Assembly: GCA_013265495.1 (NCBI GenBank)
Contig: MU058781.1
Span: forward strand, 9,467,009-9,531,008
Source of the DNA: Vicugna vicugna
Lineage: Eukaryota
Direction of reading: 5' to 3'
Length of the DNA stretch: 64,000 nt
Below are positions 38,401-48,340 of this stretch, one piece after another; position 1 is the first letter of the stretch, and each line of letters opens with the position of its first letter. Below the pieces are notes generated by a model. That model worked only from the letters and a program-made list of their open reading frames with translations. It was not told the origin of the DNA and searched no databases. The position numbers and the translations under genes are program-made.

Positions 38401-39779
38401 AATTCAGCAGGGAATGAAAAGCAAACGGCCAACCCCCTCCCACTCTGGTATTTGGACAGTGACGTGTATTTCCCTAGAAAAGATGAGGAACCACAACTAC
38501 CGAGTGACTGTGTCAGGGCCGTACTTGTATCTTCGATAGGAAAATGTGTAATAGTTTTTGGAAACGCAGAAGTTCGTCAGTAGCCCCGGAGCAGCATTCT
38601 GGGGGGCTGCGGTCCATCTCACAGATGCTCTTCCACTGGAAACAGATGCCAGAACAAACCAGAAGACAGAGAGCCAAGAGTCGGTGGTACCCAAAGCAAG
38701 TATGTACTGGTGCATTTAGCAGCGGGAGCAGAAAGAGCAGAGGGGACAAGAGGGAGGCAGACACCAAGAATAAAACCTGGTCAAGAGGCCACATCCACCC
38801 TGCTTGGCAGACAGGCCTCGTGGCTTTGGTAATTACACCAGTGCCTGCTGCACTGTGTGCCTTTTCCACTGAGTTTAAAATTAAAAAAGGCTTTCCTCTA
38901 ACTACCGGGTCCCCTAGAAGTTGGGCCACTTCTGCCCTTGGTGGTTTTATTCCTGTGGAATCTTTGTTGTGTCTGTGGTGCCTGGTGTGTCTGCGACTCC
39001 ACGAGGACACCTCGGCCCTGCCCGTCCCCTCCTGCCCGAGCTCCTAGAGGGTCCACGAGGACAGGCCCTTCCAGAAGAGCCCAGCAGACACCACGTGACC
39101 GCGTGGCTAGACCATCACACGTGGACTTGACCAAAGCCTTGTCTTTTTCTCTCTTAGTGCTTTTGCCATAAATCACATGTAACCATTCTAAATCGGTAGA
39201 AATTTCAGAGTAAGGCTCATAATGAGTGGTGAGGGCTCATTAACACTGGAACTTCCTTTGGATTAATAATTTTATTTTGAAGAGAACACTTTTTCACACC
39301 TACATTTGCCACCAGTTCTGTTTTCAGTTTCTAATTGTGGGAACAACGAAGGAAGAACGTATACTCAAGCTTGAGGAAAATGAATTCTGAAAATCTGTAT
39401 TTTATGTATACCTCTGCCATATATAGCCCTGTAATAAATATCCAAGAGACTCTTAATTTTCATCCATAGCTGGGGTTTTGCTTGTGTTCATTTCTGAAAA
39501 GACAGTGAAAAGCGCTGGTTAGCAGTTTATTTTCTTCCTGTTACTGTATTACCCTTTAGAAGGGGACACGGAGTACATTGAGACTAGGATGTCTTAAGTA
39601 TTTGCAGCTGTAAGTACTTTTGACATTGGTGGAAATTTTTGTTGTTTTAAATCTCCATTCTGTTTGTACATTTGTTTTCTTTTTGCCCTAGTCAGTATCT
39701 CTCTTTTAAAAAAATACTCACCCACAGCTTCCTTTATGTAAATACTTAGGTAATGATAAAAGTAAAGGTTAGCCTTTTC

Positions 39780-40540
39780 CCCTGCCTGTCATGTACTAGG
39801 CCCTGCTCTTCCTTCTGGAACTCAAAGATGAGGAAGAATGGTTCCTGTCCTCAGGGAACTTAGAGTCTAGTGTTGGTGGGTGTGAACATAAACAGAGGCT
39901 TTCAGCACAGTGCGGAAAGGGCTGTGGGAGTGTAAGTAATCCATTTGGGGAGCTGGAATCAGAGGGGCACTTGTGGAAAAATGCTCTCTGATTGTTAAGA
40001 ACGAGGTGAAGTTAATCTAGGAAGAGTGGCCTGTTTTCTAGTCAGAGGGGTGATCTGAGTTTTAAACATCATGGGACAGGCAGTGCAGTCATTCAGTACT
40101 GGCCAGTTCTAAGAGGGGAGGGTAGTGTGATGGGAGTGAGGTTTGAGAGTAAAGCCAAGGTGAGGTCTTGAACTAGGGGTCATCTCTCTAGTTGATGATG
40201 GGGTAATCATCTTTAGTGTGTAGTAACAGATGACTCCTCTAGTGCCATAGAGAATCGATGGAATTGGGAAATAGGAATCCAGTTGAGCGGTTAATGTGAA
40301 ACAGGACAAAGGCTTGAATTAGGACGTTGAGTCAGGAGGAGGTGGATGTGAGAAATACTTGGAGATGACATTGGCGGGACTTTGATGTGGCGGTTATGTT
40401 ATGTGTGTAGGGGGTGACAGCAGGTAAGGGGTGGAACTCCCGTCTCCTGATGAAATGATGGAGTAGCTGTCACCATCTGGGATTGGGAACAAAAGAGGAA
40501 GAAGAGTTAGGTGGGGATACCAATTGTGAGTTTATATCAT
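39780..40540 (-). mobile_element. L2 LINE (3' end and body)
   Basis: catgtactaggccctgctct...ggttcctgtcctcagggaacttagagtctagtg...ggtggatgtgagaaatacttggag...gggaacaaaagaggaagaagag. Confidence 0.75.
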
Positions 40541-40849
40541 TAACATCTCTTAAATATTCCTTCCACTTTTAAACTGCATCTCACATTGTGTTTTACTCCT
40601 TTGTATGTATATTCAAGCCTGGCAGTGATGATTTTTGAAAGTGTGTCTGTAAGAATTACTGGGTGTTTTGGACTTTTATGTCTAGAGGCATGAATTTCGG
40701 GAAATTGGAGCTGCCCTATTCTCATGATTTTGAGGACTTTCCACATCTAACCCACTATAAAGCCTGTCAGCTCATCTTTGTGATAAATTCAGTTTCTGAT
40801 TGCTTGCTGTCTCACCCTTACTACGTAGCCTGCTCACTCCCTTGATAAT

Positions 40850-41590
40850 TTGCTCTCTAGAAAGCAGCAAGGGTGGCCCTTCTGTAACATAAATCAGATG
40901 ATGTTACCCTCTGCTTCAGCCTCCAAAGACTTCTCATTTTACTGAAAGTTTGAAAAGAAACAAACAAACAAACCCCGAAAGACAAAAAGAAGGTTGTGAA
41001 CTGAGTTTTCCAGGATATGAACTCAGAGTCTGTGATTTGCTTGTGGGAGGGCTCTCAGGAACATCACTAGGAGGGGCCAGGGAAGCAGGACTTGAGAGAG
41101 GGAGAGGTTGAGCTGTGATACAAGAGAAAGCTAGCTGATCTCACAGGCACCACTGAAGCTGGGCTGACCCTTCAGGCATGTCCCAGTTACCCTTGATTGG
41201 CCAGTCATGGATCTGCCCAAGGAGGAGTTTCCTTTGGCATCCGCACCTGGAGAAGTACTGAGCTGGGAGCCAACAGCAAGCAACATTCCCAGCAGCGAGG
41301 AATGAGTGTCTTGATCCCGAAGGAATGTCTGGATGGCAGACCATGGCATCCCCTCCACGTGGCCTGCGACACTCTGTGTGGTTCGACTACTTACTCCCAG
41401 CACCTCTGTGACCTCTTTACTCATTTTCTTGTGAATTTTTTTTTTTTTTGGTCATTTTGCTGTAGCCACGCTGTCAGTATATCCCTATGACGTTATATAC
41501 ATTTAGATGGGTTTTGCCTGTCTTCTGTTATGGGAGTGTAAGCTTTGTGAGGGCAGGGACTGCTTAACATTTGTGTGTTTTTGCTTGTGT
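40850..41590 (+). mobile_element. L2 3' region interrupted by an LTR
   Basis: aaacataaatcagatgatgttaccctctgctt-like segment at ~40885-40945; L2 tail gagtgtaagctttgtgagggcagggactg at ~41534-41562. Confidence 0.65.
40994..41362 (-). mobile_element. ERVL-class solo LTR (LTR16/LTR33-like)
   Basis: gtgatttgcttgtgggagggctctcagga...gggaagcaggac..gagagggagaggttgagctgtgat...gctgatctcacagg...ccagtcatgg...caacattcccagcagc..ggaatgagtg...catggcatcccctccac. Confidence 0.7.
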
Positions 41591-42706
41591 ATCTTCAGTT
41601 CTTCTTGGAAAAGAGAAGAAAGCCTTAAAGTTGTGCTTTTTTTTTTTGAAAGTAAACATTCAAAGATTGAGAAGTGCAAATGAAATATAATTTAGGTGAT
41701 AGTTGATACAGTGGTTTGATTGTGGTGAATTTACCTAGGATGTTTGACATATTATGAGATTTAAAAAGACTTTGCACATACCCTAGTTGTCAGGACTACG
41801 TCTATTGTATAAAATAATGTTACCCTTTTGTACCTTGAAAGAGTATACTAGTTTGTCATTGCAATATAATCTTACCTTGGACAAGCTTTAATGAAATAAA
41901 TGTGTATTTATCTGAAGGCAGAAATTATGCTAGTATCATTAATAATTCAGAAGAGTTTTCAATTAAGCATTAACGACATCATTGCCTTTGGCTGTGATCT
42001 GACTGCTTGAGCTCATAATATCGAATTATTTTTCTCAGTAAAGATCAAATTAAACCCAAGATAACCAGAACTCAAATTCCAATTCTTTATTCAATATAGG
42101 CTCTCTTAGAGCAGCTCTCTTAGGAGAAAGAGGTACATGATAGTAAACATATCAAGGATTTTAATTCCTGTTAGCGTCTTTTCCCAGATAAACCGTGTGA
42201 TCTGTGTACATTTGGCCCAGTATTGTATGATAACATCATCACACTTAACTACGTTAAAAATTCTGAATCAAAAACATAATTTTGCACTACTTAATTTAAT
42301 CTTTGAGGATAAAGAATTTATGTTCTTTACATGGAAGCATGGACTAATTATTTCATTCCTAAAGATCTCTGTGATAAGTACAGTAAGGCTTCCTTTTATT
42401 GGGTGAGAGATTTGATTGGATGATCTGTATTGTCCTTGCTAACTTTTTTCTCCAATCAGAAGGTTTGAACCATAAATGGTTTTCTGGCTAATCTTTAATG
42501 GAATCAGAAACTCAGCTAACTAAAACACCTCATTCCACCTCTAGGAGTCTAATAACACATTGAGTGCATGTACTTCTGGTCAGAAGAATCTTTAACATTT
42601 AGTGATTATAGACATGAGAATAAGTACTCTGGAGCAGTAGTTGATGCTTCTGTGTTGCAAGTAAACAGTGAGTTTTCAGACTGCCAGAGGTGTTGAAGGT
42701 GCTTGT

Positions 42707-42961
42707 ATGACTCGGCATGCCTTCTTGTGTGTGTGTATGTGTCAAAATGGTGGTGGTACTGAGATTTTACCTACATTTAAAATTTTTAAAAAAATTTTTA
42801 TTTTGCTAGGGTAATGTATTTTCATCCAGCACACTTCTAACTGGTCTGGCATCATACCCAATACTTCACATTCACCCCTGACTTTTTATAAAAAGGCACT
42901 TTCCCACCTCAGACACTAATTATTAAGATGGCATGATTTGTCAGACAAACATGACTCAGCA
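42707..42961 (+). promoter_or_regulatory. Candidate enhancer with two ARE (NRF2/BACH-small MAF) motifs
   Basis: ATGACTCGGCA at 42707-42717 and ATGACTCAGCA at 42951-42961, both matching RTGACnnnGCA; motif match only. Confidence 0.35.
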
Positions 42962-42974
42962 GTGGTATTTGAGC

Positions 42975-43200
42975 AACAAATCAATGAGCAAATATTGATG
43001 CAACACATGTGTCACATGAGCGTGACACCATCTGTGTTTCTGTACATGATTTATATGGAAAGACACAGCATCTCTGCCTTTAAAGGGCTCAAAATCTAAT
43101 TAATAGACTGGGGAGAAAAAGCAGAAAAACACAACCAAGACCAGTTTTCACAGTGTCGAGTGTAGTGTTTTTGCCATCCACACATTGAGTATTTGCTGAG
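42975..43200 (-). mobile_element. L2 3' end fragment
   Basis: caaatattgatgcaacacatgtgtca...aagacacagcatctctgcctttaaagggctcaaaatctaat. Confidence 0.55.
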
Positions 43201-43509
43201 GGTTTTGCTGCTTGTCAGGGGCTGTGCTGAGGGCGGGGGCTGGCGGGGTGGACGGGGAAGGAGACATAGTCCCGGTCCTCTCGGAGATTCCACGTGGGGC
43301 TTACTAGCCTTTGACCTTATACTCCATAAGATGAAAAGATGCTCTTCAGTGGTCCAGAAATGAGTGAGATAACTAGATTACCTAGGAGTAAATTTTCTGG
43401 AAGCTTTAATATCTGACTACTGCAGGAAATACTCATCATCACTGTTAACTGGTAGATTTCCCTCTGGGTCCCTAGTACTGCTTAGAGCCTAACTACTGAT
43501 GCTGGAGTT

Positions 43510-43725
43510 CACAGTCTTGGTTTTAGGATTGACCTTGGAATTCATCAGCTGTGTGAAGTTAGGTGCATAACAAAGTCCTGTGCCTCCACTTACACATCTG
43601 TCGGGAAAAGGCAGTAAGAGATTCTCAAGAGGTGTCCACCTCATGTGCTACTGATGGTTCAAAAGAGACTTACGTGAAACGAAAGGAGTTGGAAGATTAC
43701 ATTCTGTGTGTATTAGTTGTTGTTA
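43510..43725 (+). mobile_element. MIR SINE
   Basis: catcagctgtgtgaagttagg...ctgtgcctccacttacacatctgtcgggaa...acctcat...ggttcaaaagagac..acgtgaaa. Confidence 0.6.
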
Positions 43726-44089
43726 GTACTGCCTGCTGGAGGAGGACTGGTCCTCATTAAACACACCTTTCCAACACAGTTTGCAGTTTTTGAGGGGTAA
43801 CTGTGGCTGCATCCAAGGGGGATGTGTTACAGGTTGTGGGCTGAGTAGTACGATGGAAGTGGGAGGGCTGTCTCCTGCCTTTGATCACTGATAAAAAGAA
43901 ATCAGTGGAGCCACTGGTGACTCCAAGCCTCTAAATTTCATGTGCAGTGAGGTCTGGGCTTTCACAAATGTAAAGAACTAAGTACAGGCAGGCCGTGCGC
44001 ATGTTTTCTTTTGCACCAATGAGTAAATTTCCAAGCGATCAAGAAAAAATACTGTTAGCTCTTTAATGTTCCTCCATTATCCCCTCCAG

Positions 44090-44205
44090 TGTCACTTGCA
44101 GGTAAGCTCAGTGAAGGCTGGCATTTTCATTTGTTTGGTTCGTGGCTGGAACCTAGCGGCCAGGGCAGGGCCTCATCAGTAACAGACACTCAGTGGATTT
44201 TCCTT
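44090..44205 (+). mobile_element. L2 3' end
   Basis: gtaagctcagtgaaggctggcattttcatttgtttggttc...cagacactcagtggat. Confidence 0.55.
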
Positions 44206-45369
44206 AAATCACTGATGCTGTGGAGGGCTTGGCTGTGTTTGAGGAACTCTGCAAGACATCTGGACAAACTGGGAAAGTAAATCCAGATTCCACAAACCCA
44301 GGGACCTCATCATCCAACAGGGAGAAAGAAAAACAAACAGAAAATCACAGTTTGTGACAAGTGCTCCCGTGGGGGAGCTGGGGGAAGGCTTCATGGAGGT
44401 GGTGGTGATAATTGTGTTCAAAGTCATGTGGTAAAGAGTGGGGGTGGGGGGCGGCGGCAGAATGTGGGCATGCTCCCAGCTCCCTGTATAGGCAGTGAAA
44501 AGGTTCATTGTAGAGAATTGTAAATAATAAAGCGGACTAAAAGTTGGTCTGCTGTTTTATTACTATTCAGGGAGCATTTCTAAGTAAGACCCTGCTTAAA
44601 AAATACTCCTCCTCCAGGGCTGCTCCCCACAAACCTCACTCCCGTCTTGGTGTGCGGCAGTTTTTCTGGTTGGGGTTTGTCCTCTTGAGATACTTGATCT
44701 TCAGAGGCCATTGTCTCTGAGCGAAAAGCCTTTGCGCTTGGTAGTAATCATTTTACGTAAGTGTTCTGAAATAACACAAATAGTGAAAAAGCTTTAACGC
44801 TGTATACATACCTAATTCGAGACAGCGCCATAGATGTTTTCTGTAACACTCGGAAGTCAGGAAAGGCTTTCTTTTCCATTCTTTCAAAACATTGTGATTT
44901 CTTTAAAAAAAAATCTGCTCAATTTAAAAAATGGATCCTTTCTTGAATCAATTTCATGTACCATCACACTTTTGTTATCAAACAGTGACCTTTCACTTAT
45001 TGAAAAATAGAATTCAAAAATCAATTTTTGGCAAAAAGCATTTTCATTTTGAATGTCTTACAGTGATCTATCAGTTGGTTATGGTTATGTTAGGTTTTTT
45101 TTTTTCTGCATTTAAAAAATTAACCTCTCTCTTGTACCAGCTAACTGTCTTCCAAAATTCACAACTTAGTGGTCATCATTCGCTGTCAAATTTTTATCTG
45201 AACATTGTCCCATATTTTGGATCTTGTCCATGTGACAGACAAATAAGGAACTGTTACCTCACTGTTTTTCTGGTGTATGGAATTAGGTGGGGCATTATTC
45301 TCAATCCATATAGCAAACAAAAAATCCATTTGAGAAAGCTCAGAATTCCCTGGGATGGATTTTCATTCC

Positions 45370-45399
45370 TTAAGGCAGTCACTTTAAGGCAGTCACTTT
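45370..45399. repeat. 14-bp perfect tandem micro-duplication
   Basis: ttaaggcagtcact at 45370-45383 and 45384-45397, then tt. Confidence 0.9.
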
Positions 45400-46184
45400 T
45401 CAGTGGATAGATGTACCCACCGGAGTACCTTGTTTACCCGGCAGGATCTACACCATTGATTTATGTAGAGTAAATCATAACGGCCTATTAACATTCCATT
45501 ATGCTGAGCACGGGACTAATAAGGAGACCGTCCATGAGGTCAGAGAGCAGGAGTAGGTTTCCGAATGCACTACTCAAAAAAGGATGGAATGGATACCATT
45601 TCTGGAGGCCTGCGGGTAAAGCAAAGACCTGAAGGGAAGGTGGCAAAGAGCGAACCTGTGTAACTTTCAGTCCAGGGGATATTACGGCAAATTTTAGCTG
45701 TTGCTAACCTCATACTCTTCACTAAAATTGAGCTGGCTTGAATAGGCAGACACCTTTTGAGCTTCCTTCAGTTTTCTCTTATTTGAGTTTTAAATGTTTC
45801 ATTCAACTAATTGAGTTAGAAAATGGAGAGAAATCACTTAATGTTCTCATTTCATTTAATGCTGTTACACTAAGGTGAGATCCTCTGAGGGCTGACTTGG
45901 CGGTGGAAACACAGCAGGCGGGGAGTGGCAGCATCCTGTGGAAGTTCCTGCCAAATAGCTTGGGGTCTCTCTGATACCCACATGGCAGGGCTCTGAGAAC
46001 AACACCGTAAGGACAATGGAGTTATTCTGCCTCTGCTTTAGCTACTGTCTGGAGCTCATGTTGGACCCTTAAGTGGCCTTGGAATGAAGGGGACAGTTGA
46101 ATAGCTGGGGAACTTTTCTCAGTCAAAGCTGGCAGAGTATGCTACGGAGAGCGACTTTGAAGGTGAGAATTTAGTTATACTAAA

Positions 46185-46740
46185 AGTACATTGAACAAGC
46201 ATCTTAAGGTTTATTAAGTGTCAGATACTGTGCCAGACCGAGGTGTAAGGCACATGAACTGGAATCCCTGTCTTCAAATAACAACTCTGGAGGACGTGCA
46301 TCCTGGAGGCTCTAGAACCTACAACAAGCCTCCAAAGAACCCTGTGGTTGTGTAAATTAGTTTAAAGTAAATCTTACTTGGCTACTCATTTAGTCATCCA
46401 TTAACCATTGTTTGATGGAAATTGGGGAAGAAAATCTATTAAGAACACGATAAGGAAAGGGATTACCAGGAGAAGATGGTGTCCAGAAAACTGAGGGAAG
46501 AGATAATTCTTAGAAGGAAAAGGGTAGGTCAGATAGATCCCTTGCTGCATAGAATCTAAGATTAGATCACAAAACTGAGTGGCAGTGGTGTGGAGCTAAT
46601 GGGTGACCTCTGGGAGAGCTGTGTAGTGGGTGCGTGTGGGGAAAGGCTGATTGCAGAAGGTTGATGAAAGACATTAGAAAGTAGAAGCAACGGCTTGTAA
46701 GATTCTTTTGAAAATGAAGGGCAGGTGTGAGGTAAAGGAG
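46185..46740 (-). mobile_element. Degraded L2 fragments
   Basis: ttgaacaagcatcttaagg...gtgtcagatactgtgccag; ggtgtccagaaaactgagggaag...gggtgacctctgggagagctg...ggctgattgcag. Confidence 0.55.
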
Positions 46741-46744
46741 GTGA

Positions 46745-46870
46745 CGTATGAATCAGGTACCATCAGTTTGTGATGATGATCTTGGACAAGTTATTTCATC
46801 ACTTTGGGCCTCAATTTACTTGTCTGTAAAACAAGGGCTGATCCTAGTAGCTACTACTACAGAGAATCAG
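46745..46870 (+). mobile_element. MIR SINE
   Basis: gatcttggacaagttatttcatcactttgggcctcaatttacttgtctgtaaaacaaggg. Confidence 0.75.
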
Positions 46871-46991
46871 GTAAAACCATTACACTAAGGACATTCCTAT
46901 TTGATGAATATCTGAAGAGAGGTACAGCAAAAATGCAATAGTAACTTAGAGCAGTTACTTCCAGATTGTGGCCTAGATATGTTTCTAACAC

Positions 46992-47166
46992 TTTATTTTC
47001 AATTGTGGCAAAGACATAAACTTTGCTTGAGATAAAACATTTAACTAAGTGTTCAGTTCAGTAGCATTATGTATATTCACATTGTTGTGCACCAATCTCT
47101 GTAACTTTTTCACGTTGCAAAACTGAAACTCTGTTCCCATTAAACAGTTAACTCCTCTATTCCTCA
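46992..47166 (-). mobile_element. Old LINE-1 3' end (L1MA/L1MB-like)
   Basis: aattgtggcaaa...aagtgttcagttcagtagcatta..tatattcacattgttgtgcacca..ctct..aactttttca..ttgcaaaactgaaactctg..cccattaaac. Confidence 0.85.
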
Positions 47167-47637
47167 GTTGTATTATGGTTTAACTGTTCAACTGATGATG
47201 TTCTTTGGCTCTTGGTCACTAGATAACTATATGATGCAAATTTCTGCTAAGGAGTTAATAGCTAGCTCTCTTATCAAAGGGATTTGATATCCAAGACACA
47301 GCATGGGGATTTGGGTATTGTGACAGGCAACTCAGTAAGAGATCATTTTGGAGAAGGAGGGCCTCTTTGGTGCTCCTGAAATAGTAGGATGTATGCTTAG
47401 GGAGCCAACTTTGTGGCTCTGGCTGTTCTGAAATATACTCAGTGTAGTGTAAATTTTTTTTTTTAAATGCAGAGTTTTCTATTACTCATCATCATAGATT
47501 TTTATGAAATGTTACAGCTGGAAAGAAACCAACCTTGGTCTGGTTCTAAAGATCTTTTTCATGAATCAATATATGTATGATTTGTTGCCCTCTCTTGGGG
47601 TGAGAGACGGCAGGAAAAAAACCCCCAAAACAACCCT

Positions 47638-48340
47638 GGAGCTGTGCTTCTCACTAGCAAAAAAAAAAATAAATTTGGCCCAGTGACTTGTAGCGCTGAG
47701 TGAGATGGGCTGGGTGTTTGTGTTCTCAGGTCAGTAGTTTATTTAGCTGGTGTTCATTTGGGGCTAAATACTCAAAGCAATTTTACCTCGTGCCTGATTG
47801 TTTTAAGCAGTGGTTGTGACCATATATTGAAACATGCTAGGAATACATCTTGCTTTTGTAAAAAGAAAAGATAAATGGCGATTAGAATTATTAGAAAATG
47901 AGAGTTCCTTCTTGACTGTTTGCAGAGAAAAATCAAGACAAGACTGTTCTCTTTCACTGAGTACTTGGTGTCTTCTCCCAGCTGGTCCGGAGCTGTGCTT
48001 CTCACTAGCAAAAAAAAAATAAATTTGGCCCAGTGACTTGTAGCGCTGAGTGAGATGGGCTGGGTGTTTGTGTTCTCAGGTCAGTAGTTTATTTAGCTGG
48101 TGTTCATTTGGGGCTAAATACTCAAAGCAATTTTACCTCGTGCCTGATTGTTTTAAGCAGTGGTTGTGACCATATATTGAAACATGCTAGGAATACATCT
48201 TGCTTTTGTAAAAAGAAAAGATAAATGGCGATTAGAATTATTAGAAAATGAGAGTTCCTTCTTGACTGTTTGCAGAGAAAAATCAAGACAAGACTGTTCT
48301 CTTTCACTGAGTACTTGGTGTCTTCTCCCAGCTGGTCCGG
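47638..48340. repeat. Head-to-tail tandem duplication of unique sequence (351 + 350 bp)
   Basis: Copy 1 47638-47988 and copy 2 47989-48338 read identically except A11 vs A10 in ctagc(A)n-taaatt; GG microhomology at the junction (47638-39, 47989-90, 48339-40). Confidence 0.97.

Noticed and set aside
38513..39176. Overlapping 165/167-aa ORFs on opposite strands
   Set aside because: No recognisable domain; explained by local GC-richness lowering stop frequency; no convincing splice sites.
44931..45410. 159-aa ATG-initiated ORF
   Set aside because: F/L/I/K-rich composition typical of AT-rich non-coding DNA; runs through a T-tract and a micro-duplication; no homology recognised.
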